Origin: Eledone cirrhosa
Lineage: Eukaryota
Reading direction: 5' to 3'
NCBI GenBank assembly: GCA_964016885.1
Contig: OZ024744.1
Location: forward strand, 100,564,001-100,628,000
DNA length: 64,000 nucleotides
Below, one piece after another: positions 23,404 through 38,094 of the stretch. Every line of letters begins with the position of its first letter. Position 1 is the first letter of the stretch. The notes under the pieces were generated by a model, which saw only the letters and a program-made list of their open reading frames with translations, searched no databases and was not told where the DNA came from. The position numbers and the translations under genes are program-made.

Positions 23404-25261
23404 GTAAGTATTTACATCTTTATCTATTATGAAATGAGATTCAAGACATTGGTTATTTCATTTTTTCCCCACTTTACATTGAATTTATAAATGTTTATAG
23501 ATATATATTTATCCATCTATTTGTTTGTATAAATATATATTTATATAAATACGTATAAGATAGGCTGAATTTCCAAATTACGCGCGCTGCTATTATTTTC
23601 ATAAGGTGGCTGCTACAGTATTTATACGTATATATGTATACATACACGTGTATATATATATATTTTATATATATATATTTATATATATATATATTGAGAT
23701 ATAGATATTTATGTATATATGTATGATGTAGATATTTATGTTTATATGTATGTAGATATTTATTTGTATACATGCATATATATATGTATCTAGATATTTA
23801 TGTATGTATATTTATAGATGTGTCTGCGTATATATATTTATTAAAATAACAGATTAAAGTTCAAACAAATAATTGCTATATACATATATATATATGTGTG
23901 TTTGTACGTATGTATACATTTGTGTAAGTAAGTGAATCGAATTGATTAGGAAACTTTCTGAAACGCGATCTATTGTCAATGATAACCAATATTTAAGTGT
24001 GTGTATATATATATTTATTGGTTTCAGTAATTAGACTATATGGAACACCAATTTAAAAGGATTTTTAAAATGCCTGGGACTTATTCTATCTATCTCATTT
24101 TATCAAACCACCAAGTTACGGGACATTATCACACGCACACAACGGGCTTTTGCAGTGTCCTTTTCTACCAAATCTCACCCACGTTGGTCAACTCGAGGCT
24201 GTAGTAAACGACACTTGCTCAGTGTGTCACTCAGTTGGAACACATCCAAAACCACGTGGTTACGAAGCAAACGCTTTTACCACACAGCCACCATGCCTGT
24301 TCCTGGTTCATCAACACCAGCTCGTTGACACGACCAGATTCTCTTCAAGCGGACTGGTCGTAAAATATTTTTTAGATAATTTTTAAATATCGTCCGACGG
24401 ATGATGGTCCATGAAAGAATCAGTTTTATATTAAATCAATTATTCAAATAAATAAATTCGTGAGGCTGTATAGAAAACATTAACTTTACGATCCAGTAAT
24501 GCACTGGGTAATTGCTGGCCTTGTGCCTAAAGTAGAAACAATTATTAACTTTGCCTTTCATCCTTACGGGGTCGATAAAATAAAGTACCAGTAATGTACT
24601 GGTTTATTGCTGGCCTTGTGCCAAAAGTAGAAACAATTATTTTAGTTCCTGTAAATTTGCGTTATTTCGGATAACTCTTACAAACAAAAAACAAAACAAA
24701 ACAAAAGAAATGAAATTGAATATTGGCAGTCGTGTGATAATAGACCGTTGAACTTATAGATATGTGAGAAGTGACTGTGTATATATATATATAGTTCTGT
24801 ATGAGCAAAACACGGTCACCAGATATGACTTGTTTCACAACGGGACAATTCATCTAACCCATGCTGGCGTGGAAAATGGACGTTAAACGGTGATGATGAT
24901 ATGTGTGTATATATAGTTTCTAGAGTTGTGTCGTTGGGATAACCACAGTTAAAAAAGATACTCAATACATTGGTAGAGCATAGGCAACGCACATATATAT
25001 ATATATATACTGCGATTTCAAGTGTTAAACTAATATATTCCATATACTGTACCGATTGTGTTATTTCTGTTTACCATTTACATAATATATATATATATAT
25101 ATGGCCTAGAATAAAAGGGTCTTAAAGTCAATCTGACAAAGACTAAGGTCCTAGTAAATAGAAGGGAAAACAGAGCCCTGATCCTCTCCTGGAAATGGCC
25201 TTGCTCAGTGTGTAAGAAAGGTGTACGTAGAAATTCCCTCCTTTGTCGTCGTCATCATCAT

Positions 25262-28200
25262 CATCATCATCATTTTACGTCCACTCTTCCCTGCTGACAA
25301 GGGTGGGACGGGTCTTATTCAGCACAGCATCACTCCACTTGTCACGGTCCTTCGTCATCTCCACCGTGAGCTTCAGCGATCTGAGGTCTGTTCTCACCAC
25401 CTCCGCCCGTTTTTCGTGGTCTACCTCTACCACGTCTTCCTTTAACTGGCACTTCTTTACCCATCGGTCATCCTCCATGCGCATCACTTGTCCATACCGC
25501 CTCAGTCTACTCTCCCGTACACTACATTCTATCCCTCTCAGACACAGTTTCTCATCCAACTGAGCATGCTTGCCTCATTTCTCTCCAGCCATCTCATATC
25601 CTCTGCAGTTGTTGCCCATGTCTCACTACTATGCAACATCGCGCTCCTCACACAGGCATCATATAACCGGCCTTTCGTACGCAGGGAGAAACCCTTCTTC
25701 GTCAGCAGAGGAAGTGGCTCCCTAAACTTCTTCCAACCCGTCCTTATTCTAGATACTATGGTCTCGGAAACCCCCCTCCCATGCTAATCTGATCTCCTAG
25801 GTACCGGAAGCTACCCGCCTGCATTTGAAAAATGTGTCTATCAATGCGACTTCTACTGTTAAATTTCCCTGTACATCTACTGCATACATATTTCTCCCTA
25901 CCTGTTAGTTTGCCTGCTATCGCACTACATCTCTTGTGTACCCAGGATCTGCATTGTGTGCATTTTATAGAATTTATGCCAGTTCCTTTTCTGCATATCG
26001 AACATGGCCATTTCCCTGATGGAATCAGATTTTTGTCCTCTTTTCTATTCATCAACACTTCTGTCTTAGTTAGGTTCACTCTCAGTCCTCTTGCTTCCAA
26101 CTGCTGTTTCCATAGCCAGAATTTATTCTCTAGCTCCTCTACTGATTCTGCTATAAGAACCAGATCGTCAACATAGAGAAATTCCCATGGACAGCCAGTC
26201 TTAAACTCCTCTGTTATGGCTTGGAGGACTATAATGAACAAGAGTGGGCTGAGGACGGAACCTTGATGTACTCCTACTTGTATCTGGAATTCCTCACTAA
26301 ACTCCATTCCTACCCTGACTTTACTGACAGTACCTCTGTACAAAGTTTGCACTGTCCTCACAAGCCATTCCTTAGGGACCACCAGATGACAGATCGGAGT
26401 ACCCTATCAAAAGCCTTCTCTAGGTCAACAAAGGCTAAGTATAGTGGCTTATTTTTCTCTAAGAACCTCTCTTGCAATTGTCTCACCAAGAAGAGGGCAT
26501 CTGTTGTACTCTTCCCAGGCACAAAACCAAACTGCATCTCATCTAGTTTGACCCTTTCTCTAATTAGTTGTGCTAAAATCCTTTCTGCCACTTTCATAAC
26601 CTGATCCATCAGTTTTATACCCCTATAATGGCTCCTCTCCAGAGCATCTCCTTTACCTTTGTAGCAATTTATGAGAATACTGCTCCACCAGTCTTTGGGT
26701 ATGACACCACCATATATAGCCTGATTGATGATGCGTGCAACCAGTTTAGTGCCTACGTCCCCTGATGCCTTCAGCATCTCGGCAACTATTCCCGATGGTC
26801 CGGCCGCCTTACCATTTTTCATTTCCCTAATCGCCTCTTGGACCCTATATTCGTCAATCTCAATAGCTGGTCCCTCTGTCGGATCAACTGAGGGTAATTT
26901 CTCTCTCTCCCATTCGTTCTCCACATTCATCAGTCTCCCATAATGACATTTCCAGGCCTCCTTTTTCTGATCATTCGTGACACTAAGTACACCGGTATCG
27001 TTCCAGACACATTTATCTCCAACAACATCCTGATTTGCATTGACACACTGCCTTGCAATGTGGAACACCGCACGCCTCTGATCTTCCCGTCACAGAACAT
27101 TGGCAAACCTCCTACTCTCAGCCTCCCTGCGTGCTAAGTACACCTGACTTCTAGCTTCTCTCTTAGTGGCCGTATATCCTTCTCTACTCCCACCCTTTTT
27201 CCAAGCCTTCCATGCTAGTCTTTTGTCTCTAATGGCCTTATCTACTGTGCTGTTCCACCACCAGGTTACTCTCTGTCTGGTTGGAGCTCTGCTCCAGCCA
27301 CAAGTTTCATCAGTAGCCTGCAGTAAGTTGTCACGTAAGAAATTCCAGTTATTATCTATGTCATATGTTTCTAAATCGTCTTCTTTTTCGTCATATACAT
27401 CTTGAAGGGCTTTCCTAAATTTGTATTTTAGTGAAAGGTCTTTTAGCTTCCAGACCTTTCTTTTCCTGTATGTCTCATTCCATCTCTTGCTTACTGAGAT
27501 ATCACTAACGACTAACCTATGCTGTGGGGTACATTCTTCCCCAAGGTATGCCTTGGTATTAGACACTATCTGTCTGTCCCGCTGCCTAACTAGTAAGAAG
27601 TCAATCTGGCTTCCCTGATTTGTAGGTTATTAGGTGGTTGGCAGGTTTCTGGCAGTTTCTTGCAATCACAAAATTCAAGAAGTCTCACTCCTTCTTCAAT
27701 TCTTGAGCTGTAACCGTGCCCACCATGTACCCCAGTGTAACCATCCTGGAGCTGTCCAACATGACCATTGAAGTCCCCTGCTAGCATAACGATGTCTCTG
27801 TTGCCTAGGCCTGCTTGGGGAGCATAGGCAGAGATGATTGTCAGTAGTCTCCTGCCTACAACTAATCTAAGCTTAATTATTCTATTATTAACTCGAACTC
27901 CCTCTATTGACTTATTGATCCATCTCTCAGCCAGGAAAATGCTTACTCCCCCTAACCCTTCACTCTGACCTACCCAGAAAAGCTTATAGCTAAGATGTTT
28001 GCCTACGACTAGTCTCGCAGAGGCACCTCTCCATCTCACCTCTTGCACGCAGCACACATCCACATGTCTTCTCTCCAGCATATCTACCTCTGAGAGTGCC
28101 AACATTAAGTGTTGCAACTCTGAGATGCGACGTTTTCATACTTTGTTGTTGTTGTTCCTATTTGTTGCTGTGCTGATAAGCATTTTGGCATTGATACACT

Positions 28201-28340
28201 GGTTGGATGCCCTTCCTAACACCAGCGCCACTTTACAGCATGGACTGGGTGCTTTTATTTGTGCCACCAGCACTAGAGAGGATGTCTTACTAGACTCAAG
28301 GGCCCTCTCTACTCCTCCATTTTACAGCATGGTCATAAAA
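25262..28340 (-). mobile_element. RTE-clade LINE, near full length, inactivated
   Basis: APE endonuclease (VQEVRW, AYAPQ, GDFNGHVG), RT (DLEKAFDRV, GVHQGSVLSP, YVDD), PHD-like finger and (GAT)n tail. Several frameshifts. Confidence 0.93.
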
Positions 28341-28473
28341 AAACCCCCAAAAAACATAACTTATTGACACACGCACACACACTCACACACCAACACTCAT
28401 GCATATAAACTACAAACACATGCCACTCACACACCAACACTCATGCATACAAACACACACACACACACCACTT

Positions 28474-28541
<68 letters not shown>

Positions 28542-28989
28542 CCGGCAGTACTGAATCAAAATCATGTCAACTGTTGACTTTTCCCAGTCCAGTTCGGTTT
28601 TTATATAATAATAATAATTTCAGTTTTTATATAATAATAATAATTCAGTTTTTATATAATAATAATAATTTCAGTTTTTATATAATAATAATAATTTCAG
28701 TTTTTATATAATAATAATTGTTTCTACTTTTGGCACAAGGCCAGCAATTATCCCAGTGCATTACTGGTACTTTATTTTATCGACCCCGTAAGGATGAAAG
28801 GCAAAGTTAACCTCGGCGGGATTTGAACTCAGATCATAAAGGGCCATAACTCTATGCTGCAAAGCATGGCGTCCTACCCTCTACTGATACTGCCAATCCA
28901 CATATAATAATAATAATAATGTCCCATATGCAAAATATGAGTACACAAGAGATGTAGTGGGATCTCAGGTAGTTTAGCTAAAATGTAGG

Positions 28990-30545
28990 CTTTACATGAA
29001 GCTGGGGCAGTAGGAGGAAACTACTGCTATCGAATTCTCGGAAGGTTCAGTAGAAGCAGCAGACAGCTTCTGCTGCCTGGGTGACCAAATTAGCAGCAGG
29101 GGGTGGGTGTTCCAAAAGTACAGTAGCCAGGGAGAAAATGGGATGGAAACTATGGAATAAGAAGACCCCTCCCCCACAAAGACATGAGATGAGGTGAAAA
29201 GCTGACCATGCGCAATTGCATCTCTCAAAGACAATGAACAGAAGACACGCCTTCCCATGTACGCGGACTTAAACATACATCTAGTAGGCACCTCTTAACC
29301 ACTATACCCCCTTCCATACACTTCCCATGCTCCAACACCCACCCACCCACTTCTGTCCACACTACGCTTACACTAAGACAAGTTGGTTTCACAAAAAAAA
29401 ACACCCAGCCCACACTGTAAATGGTCGTGTAGGTGTCACAGCAAAAAGCACAGTCCACACTGAATGTGGTTGTATAGGAGTCGCAACAAAAATCCCCCAG
29501 CCTACACTGTAAGTTGATCGTGTAGGTATCACAACATAAAGCACCAAGCCCACACTGTAAATGTGGTTGGCATCAGGAAGGGTGTCCAGCTGTAGAAGTC
29601 GACCAAGCCAGAAAGTTCTATATGAGCAAGACACGGTCACCTGATCCAACTTGCCTCAAATAGGACAACCTGTCTAACCAATGCTAGCATGGAAAATGGA
29701 TGTTAAACGATGATGATATATAGAAATAACTTCTACATGATTAGAACTGCTTCATTTGTATGAAATCATCATACGAATGAAACATGTCAATACTGGATAG
29801 CCTTCATATATGCCACAACAAAATGCACCCAGTCCACACAGTAAAGTGGTCGTTTTGGTGCCACGACAACTGTAAATTGGTTGTGATAGTGACACAACAA
29901 ACAGCACCCAGTTCACTGTGTAAGGTGGTCATGTAGGTGCCATGACAAAAAGTACCCAGTCCAACCTGTCAGTTGATCATTTTGGTGACTCGATAAAAAG
30001 CACCCAGTCCACACTAAATGAAGTTGGTGTTAGGAAGGGCATCCAGCTGTAAAAGCCAAGTTAGAAACAGTTCTGTATGAGCAAACGGGGTCACCTGACC
30101 TGACTTGTCTCACAACAGGGTGACTCGTCTAACCCAGGCTAGGGTGGAAAATGGATGTTAAATGATGATGATCATATACGCAGACATACATAGGTTTCTG
30201 ATTACTGAATTACACTCACTAAGGCATAATAGTTACAGAAGCAAGACAGTTGCTCTAGTTTACTCAGTTAAGAAATGAGTTGCGACATCACTGGTGCCAA
30301 GCTGTATCTGCTTTTACCATTACCTTTGACAACTAATGTGGTTGTGTAGTTGTCACGATAAAAAGCACCCAGTACTCACTGTAAAATGAGTTTGGTGTTA
30401 GGAAGGGCATCCAGCTGTAGAAACCAAGCCCAAATCAGTTCTGTATGAGCAAGATGTGGTCACCCGACCTAGCATTGTTCACAACAGAACAACTCATTTA
30501 ACCCATGCTAGCGTGGAAGAATGGACATAAAAACGGTGACGATGA
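28990..30545 (+). mobile_element. RTE 3' fragment and tandem RTE-related non-autonomous elements
   Basis: ~46-bp subunits aaaaagcacccagtccacactgtaaa.., then ggaagggcatccagc and acccatgctagcgtggaaaatggacgttaaacgatgatgat tails. Similar copy at 36620-36990. Confidence 0.7.
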
Positions 30546-31399
30546 TATAGTTGGATGGGTCCTTCTCAGCACGGAATCTTTCCACTTGTCGTGTTCCTTC
30601 GTCATCTCTTCTGCTCTTAGCGATTTGAGGTCAGCTCTCACAACTTATGCTTAGGTTTTTCTTGGTCGTTTTTACTGCGGCTTCCTTCCGCTGGGATTTC
30701 CTGACATTTCTTCACCCATTGGTCATTTTTCCATGTGTATCACATGTCCATACTGATGCAGTCTTCTCTCCTGCACACCTTCTTGGATTACTCTTAACTC
30801 TTTAGCATTTAAACTGGCTGAATCCGGCCAGAATTCTCTCACCTCTTTCTATTCAAACTGACTGTAACTGGTCGCTCATACTTATGTTAAGGTATTGTTT
30901 TCAAAGTAAATAATATCAAAACCTCATAGATTCAATATTATGTGAGGTAAAGCCTTTACCACAAAAATACAATAGTAAATATAGAGTATGTAAATGCTAA
31001 AGGGTTAAACCCAGTTTCTCTCTCAGCTTGTCCAAGCTCTGCTTTTCACGTTTACAATATATATATATAATATATATTTATATTTATATGGGTGTTGGTG
31101 TGCATACACACGTGTGGTTGCATGCTGGCAACATTATTCTTAGAAAATTTATGGTAGGGAGAGAACGTAAAGTAAGGCAGCAGTACTCAGGCCTAATTGT
31201 GTCTTACTATACTGTACTATGGACTTAATAAGGCTAGATGGTTAAGAAGTTTGCTTCACAACCACTAGGTGATGGGTTCAATCCCACTGCATGTCATCTT
31301 GGACAGATGTTATTTACCATAACCTCAAGTTGACCCAAGCCTTTGTGAGCAAAACTGGGTAGATGGAAATGGTTTGGAAGTCTGTCAGATAGACCACAC

Positions 31400-31700
31400 T
31401 GTCATGTTTAATCTTTCAGAAAATTACTTTAATGGTACACACATCTGTGGAATACTCAGCCACTTATATTTTAATACAAAATGGACTGTACCTGTAATTT
31501 AACAGGGTCAGCTTTGTTACACATACTGTGTCATATTGAATCTTTCAGAAAATTACTTTAATGGTACACACATCTGTAGAATACTCAGCCACTTATATTT
31601 TAATACAAAATGGACTGTACCTGTAATTTAACAGTGTCAGCTTTGTCACATACTGTGTCACACTGAATCTCTCAGAAAATTACTTTAATAGTACACATGT
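31400..31700. repeat. ~120-bp tandem duplication within a SINE-like sequence
   Basis: gaaaattactttaatggtacacacatctgt occurs three times. Confidence 0.75.
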
Positions 31701-31897
31701 TTGAGGAATGCTTAGACACCTGTTAATTTTGTGAGCAGGTGGTCTTGTTGATTGAACATTCGTCATTGAAACTGATGGAGATCCATTTCATTTTTGATAC
31801 TGTACTCCATGATATGACGGGTAACAGTACCCCATTGCACAACTGGTACTCCTTATGATAATAGGTATTGTTACTAATAATATTGAAGATGGCTGAT

Positions 31898-32575
31898 AAT
31901 AATTGTTTCTACTTTAGGCACAAGGCCAGCAATTACCCCAGTGCATTACTGGTACTTTATTTTATCGACCTCGCAAAGTTAACCTCGGCGGGATTTGAAC
32001 TCAGACTGTAATTTTAATTTTGGCTCAAGGCCAGTAATTAGAGGACTAAATTGATCTCAGTACTAAACTGGTACTTTATTTTATTGACCTCAAAGATGAA
32101 CGGTAAAGTTGACCTTGGCAGGATTTGAACTCAGAAAGTAAAGAGCAGTAACAACAATAGTAATAATTGTTTCTACTTTTGGCACAAGGCCAGCAATTAT
32201 CCCAGTACATTACTGGTACTTTATTTTATCGACCCCGTAAGGATGAAAGGCAAAGTTAATCTTGACGGGATTTGAACTCAGAATGGCAAGGGCCGTAACT
32301 CTATACGTCAAAGCATGGCGTCCGACCCTCTACCGATACTGCCAATCCCCCCCCCCCCCGCCTCACAACAACAACAACAATAATAATAATAAACTATAAT
32401 TGTTTCTACTTTAGGCACAAGGCCAGCAATTACCCAGTGCATTACTGGTACTTTATTTTATCGACCCTGTAAGGATGAAAGGCAAAGTTAACCTCGGTGG
32501 GATTTGAACTCAGATCGTAAAGGGACGTAACTATGCTGGAAAGCATGGTGTCCGACCCTCTACCGATACTGCCAA
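31898..32575 (-). mobile_element. Cluster of 4 tRNA-derived SINEs
   Basis: Same family as 6490-7210. Other copies near 11927, 12722, 22622, 24490, 28714, 32826(+), 41828(+), 44330, 50478, 54688(+), 57127(+) and 61409. Confidence 0.85.
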
Positions 32576-34713
32576 ATAGCGAATGTCTGTATATTTATTT
32601 TTTTTATAACTGCCTGTCACCCACTGAAAGGGAGATGGCTGAGGAAGGAAGGAAAGGGGTGGTGACAAACTGTAGAAAACAACAACCAGTGTTCTAAGAT
32701 TCACTATACTTGTATGTGTTGTGAACTGGCTATTATTATTGTGTGAGTGTTTGTGTGAATATATCTATAGTTGTGCGAGTATATATGTAGCAAATTGGCT
32801 ACACACTTTGGCTATCTAAGGGCAGTAGATTGGCATTATCGATAGAGCGTAGAATATGCTTTGCAGCATAAAGTTACTGCTCTTTACGTACTGCGTTCAA
32901 ATCCCGCTGAGATTAGCTTTGCTTTTCATCCTTATGGGATTGATAAAATAAAGTACCAGTAATGCACTGCGGTCGATTTAATAGAGTTCCTCCGCTAAAA
33001 TTGCTGGCCTTGTGCTTATAATAGAAATCATTATTGTGTGAGCGTTTCCATGAATATATTAATAGTTGTGTGTGTTCATATTTTATCTATTCATACATGT
33101 AAATATATACATAAGCACACCAAGATATTATCTTGGTTATCTATGTTAGTTGCAGATAGGTTTTTCACAAAAGATTTTGTATGAAAAGAATGATTAAACT
33201 AAAAACTTGGTTTTGTACATTTTTCATATATAAAATACTACAAATAGCTGTCATATCATCATCATCATCATCATCATTTTTACGTCCACTTTTCCCTGCT
33301 TGCAGGACTGGGAATTACACAAAATCCTGAATACATTAGTAATAAAGTATTGACTGAAATTTCTCTCTCAAGATCTACATCATTGTGTCTTTCGTTTTTT
33401 TCTCACAGTATATCTTTTAATTTTAATAGATTTTTTTTCAATATTTTTTACATTTTTCCCCAATAACATTAATAAAAATGTAAAGGAGCTTACTCATATT
33501 TTTTAAGATTAATTACAGAATTATGGGATTTGCTCATAACTGTTATATATACACATATTGAGTCATACATTTGTGTATACACATATTTATACATGTGTGA
33601 ATGCATATATATTTATACATGTGTATATACATGAATATATTTAAATTCGTAAATTCTCAGGGAGATTCACTATGTGTACCCTTAAATATAATTCTCAGGG
33701 AGATTCAGCATACGTATCCTTAAATGTAATTCTCAGGGAGATTCAGCAAGACACGGTAATTGACAAGGCTGAATATTTCACACACAGACATGACCAAAAG
33801 AGGACATGAATGAACACCAACACATTGACACACCTGTCACACCACACAACATATGCCCCATTAAACACGTGGGGGTAATAGGAAGAGCACAGGGACCCAG
33901 TGAAGGAAAAGAGACTATAACATATGGGGGTCTATATACTCTAAATTAGTAGGAAAAGGACATATATATCCATGGTTAATGACATTCTTACATATATCAA
34001 GAGAATGTAGGGCGTTTATCTACATGTGTGTATACATACATACATGTATATATTATAATATATACATATATGTATATATTATAATATATACATATATGTA
34101 TATATTATCTATATACATTCATTGTTATTATCTACATCATCATCATCATGTTACGTCCGCTTGCAAGGGTGGAACGGGTCCTATTCAGCACAGCATCTCT
34201 CCATTCGTCACGGTCCTTAGTCATCTCCTCTGTGAACTTCAGCGATCTGAGGTCAGCTCTCACCACCTCCGCCCATGTTTTTTGTGGTCTACCTCTACCA
34301 CGTCTTCCTTCCACTGGAATTTCTTGGCACTTCTTTACCCAGCGGTCATCCTCCATGTGCATCACATGTCCATACCAACGCAATCTTCTCTTATATGTAT
34401 AGATATATACTAGCTGGCACAGGGCCATATATAATAATAATAATAGGTATTACTGATAATGTCCATGACAACAACAGTACCAACAACAATAATTATAGCA
34501 CATTCTCAGCTGAGAATTGTAACTGGGTGTTGGGTGAGTGGGTGCTATAACAGAGGACTATTATGGATTTATTCGGGCAGTGTAGGTTATTTGGCAGGCA
34601 ATATGTGAAACGAGGCTAGCATGGTGTTGGTGGACTTTGTATTATAGTTATCAGTCAAGGTCTTGGTATAGGTAAGTGCTAGGATATTCATGCAATCACA
34701 CTATGGCAAATCT

Positions 34714-35514
34714 TTAACTCTTAGCAACCTGTAATGATTAATCAGAAACAGAAAATATTTAAATGTGGGTTTGTTAATTCAAATGTTTATATTATCTTTA
34801 CTGGTGGACAGATTGTCAAAATTTGTAGTCTTTAGTTTTTACTGTGATAAAGTCATTGTACTTTTTTTGTACTTTTCAAGAATGTCTTGTTAATGTGGTT
34901 TCATGTGGTACAGGATGTTAAGAGTTAATGCGCTACAGTCATAGTACTGTTTTGTACTTTTCAAGAATATCTTGTTAATGTGATTTCATGTGGTACAGGA
35001 TGTTAAGAGTTAATGTGATACAGTCATAGTACTGTTTTGTACTTTTCAAGAATATCTTGTTAATGTGGTTTCATGTGGTACAGGACGTTAACAGTTAATG
35101 TGATACAGTCATAGTACTGTTTTGTACTTTTCAACAATGTCTTGTTAATGTGGTTTCATGTGGTACAGGATGTTAACAGTTAAAGTGATAGTCATAGTAC
35201 TGTTTTGTACTTTTCAACAATGTCTTGTTAATGTGGTTTCATGTGGTACAGGATGTTAACAGTTAAAGTGATACAGTCATAGTACTGTTTTGTACTTTTC
35301 AACAATGTCTTGTTAATGTGGTTTCATGTGGTACAGGATGTTAACAGTTAATGTGATACAGTCATAGTACTGTTTTGTACTTTTCAACAATGTCTTGTTA
35401 GTGTGGTTTCATGTGGTACAGGATGTTAAGAGTTAATGTGATACAGTCATAGTACTGTTTTGTAGTTTTCAACAATGTCTTGTTAGTGTGGTTTCATGTG
35501 GTTCAGGATATTAA
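34714..35514. repeat. TTAA-type MITE whose terminal 85 bp is amplified ~8x in tandem
   Basis: TIR ttaactcttagcaacctg (34714) versus caggatgttaagagttaa (to 34928). 83-86-bp units from 34843. An unamplified related copy lies at ~37730-37890. Confidence 0.85.
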
Positions 35515-37073
35515 GTCATGGGGCAAGCCAGCAGTTAGAACTGTTTACTGACAAGCAAGTAAAAATCTTCATATTATTGCTGTCTAGCCTAGAGGGACTT
35601 GTCTTAACAGAATTTCCTTGGGTGTAGTTTGAAAACTTACTCCAATATTCATAAACATATTGTATATTATACGATATACAAACGTTGCATATTTATATGT
35701 TGGAGTGAACACCTTAACCCTTTAGTATTTAAATCGGCCATATCTGGCCAGAATTCTCTTACCACTTTCTGTTTAAACCGGCCATAACCAGCTGTTCATA
35801 CTTATGTTAAGGTATTATTCTCAAAATAAATAATATCAAAATCTCGTAGATTCGATATTATGTGAAATAAAGCCTCTACTGTGAAAATATAATAGTAAAT
35901 ATAGAGTAATGTAAATACTAAAGGATTAACTTTATTACTTCAACATCTTGCAGGGCATTTCCAAGGGTAGGAATATATTTGGATATTTGGCAATACACCA
36001 GTACACCATGGAATAGAATGTTCTATTGTAGATATTCACAACTGCTATTTGAAATGTTTGCCAATGTATTCATCTAAGTAGCTTCCATAGAAGAACCTTT
36101 TTCATATAGGAAATAATCCTTTAAGTGTAACAAAAGCCACAAAGTTACCATGTGGATAAGTCATTTTAGCCATTTAAAAAAAAAAAAACTGTTCACTTTA
36201 TATGGTTAAAATGACTCTTCCATGCTATAATTGTTTAAAATATTACCGTATATATTCAAATATAATCTGACCCCTCCTCCCTCATTTTATGCCTGAGAAA
36301 TGGGCAAAAATCCAAACCCCATTCATAAATCGAGGCAGCTAATCAACATATTGTTTAGATGGTGTATATAAGCCCACGAGTGGGTTTGTGGCAGGGTGTC
36401 GCATATTCCTTGGCTTATATTTGTGTATATACAGTAATTTGAATAAAAGACTAGATATGAATGATGACTTGGATTCTGTTGGCATGTACTAAAAATAAAT
36501 GTAATCTACCTCCCCTCCCCAAAATGTAACGTACCTCCCCAATCCCCCAGGCTTTTCCCCCACCCCCACCATACCCAATTCCCCAACCTACACCATAAAG
36601 TGGTCTCCCTGGAGTCATGACAAAAGTGCCCAGTCCACGCTGTAAAGGGGTCATGTAGGTGTCAATAAAAAGCACCCAGCCCACACTGTAAAGTGGTCAT
36701 GTAGGTGTCATGATAAAAAGCACCCAGGACACACTGTAAAGTGGTCATGTTAGTGTCACAACAAAAAGCACTCAGCCCACACTGTAAAGTAGTCATGTAG
36801 GTGTCATGACAAAAAGCACTCAGCACACACTGTAAATGGTTGGGTTTAGGAAGGGCATCCAGCCGTAGAAACCAAGCAAGAAACAGTTCTGTGTGAATGA
36901 ACACGGTCCTTCGACCTGGATCTCTCACAACAGGACAGCCCGTCCTACCCATGCTAGTGTGGATAATGGACTTAAACAGTGATGATGATGATTTTCTATT
37001 GTTGATTCTTAATATTAAATATTAATTGCATGTTGACTAATTTGTGTCTTTATGTTTTATAGAAAATCTCCAG

Positions 37074-37113
37074 ATGTTTACAAAGCTAAGTGGCTTCGGG
37101 TTTGGTGATTCAT
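37074..37113 (+). CDS. NUP98: NUP98 coding exon 1 (start codon)
   Basis: Acceptor ttttatAG at 37061-62, ATG at 37074, MFTKLSGFGFGDS (human begins MFNKSFG), GTGAGT donor, phase 1. Confidence 0.8.
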
Positions 37114-38061
37114 GTGAGTACTGTTTTCTTATATAAACGGCATTATATGCACTTGTAATACACTTGTAATACATTACTTCAAAAGTCCCCTCAAAGTTAT
37201 GCCAGCTTGGAAAAGGTGTTGTAAAAACAATGATGATGATGATGATGATGATGGTGATGAATAAAGATCAGAGGAGATGGAAACAATGAAAGTATGGAAA
37301 TGCTTCAGAAAGTAATTAATTCAGATCTGAAGAAACTATAAGGGTATAAGGCAATGTAAAAAGTAGAATACAACTCAAGCTATACATATTCCATTATTGT
37401 TATTTCAATTTCACCAGTGTCATCCTGATTCACACTGATACACTCTTGCAATGTAGAACACCTCACATCGCTTGACATTGGCAAACTTTTTTCTTTTTGC
37501 TCATCATTTGTGTTGATGAAGGGGAGACATCAAAAACATAAACGTCTACAGGCAGGATTTGTCTTTGAATAAATTTTCAGCTATTTATAGTCAGCATCAG
37601 GAAAGAAATAGTCCTACCAGATCACCCTCTATCTTGCTGGAGCTATGCTTCAGTCACAAGTCTCATTAGTACTTCGCAATAGCTTGTCATGTAAGAATTT
37701 CCAATTGTCCTCTAATGATTTAAAAACATGTTTGTTAATTCAAATGTTTATAGTATCTTTACTGGTAGATAGATTGTAAAAATTTGCAGTCAAGACTTCA
37801 ATTTTTAATATGATACGGTCATAGTGTTGTTTTGTACTTTTTAATATCTTATGAATGTGGTTTCATGTGGAACAGGACGTTAAGAGTTAAGATACCTGTA
37901 AGATTATAACAGCTTTTTATTCACCTGAATGCTGTCACATGACAACTTCACTGTTTCATAGTTTCTTTTCATAAATAAAAACAAACAAAAATATCCCCAT
38001 TTTTTTTTTCTTCATTAAAATGATCAATTAATTAAGAATGTTTTTTTCTTTTTCTCCACAG

Positions 38062-38094
38062 CAAATTTTGGAAGTACCACAGCTTTTGCTCAGA
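38062..38094 (+). CDS. NUP98: NUP98 coding exon 2 (33-nt microexon)
   Basis: Strong polypyrimidine tract and cacAG, (S)NFGSTTAFAQ, GTAAGT donor. Resembles human GFGTTSTFGQ. Confidence 0.8.

Noticed and set aside
24390-24425. cggatgatggtccatgaaagaatc as a hammerhead
   Set aside because: The core is mutated (CGGATGA) and stems I and III cannot be formed. At best a decayed relic.
37730-37890. Duplicated intronic sequence flanking the NUP98 start exon as a snoRNA pair
   Set aside because: It ends in a TTAA-type TIR matching 34714, so it is a MITE copy. No convincing C/D or H/ACA layout.
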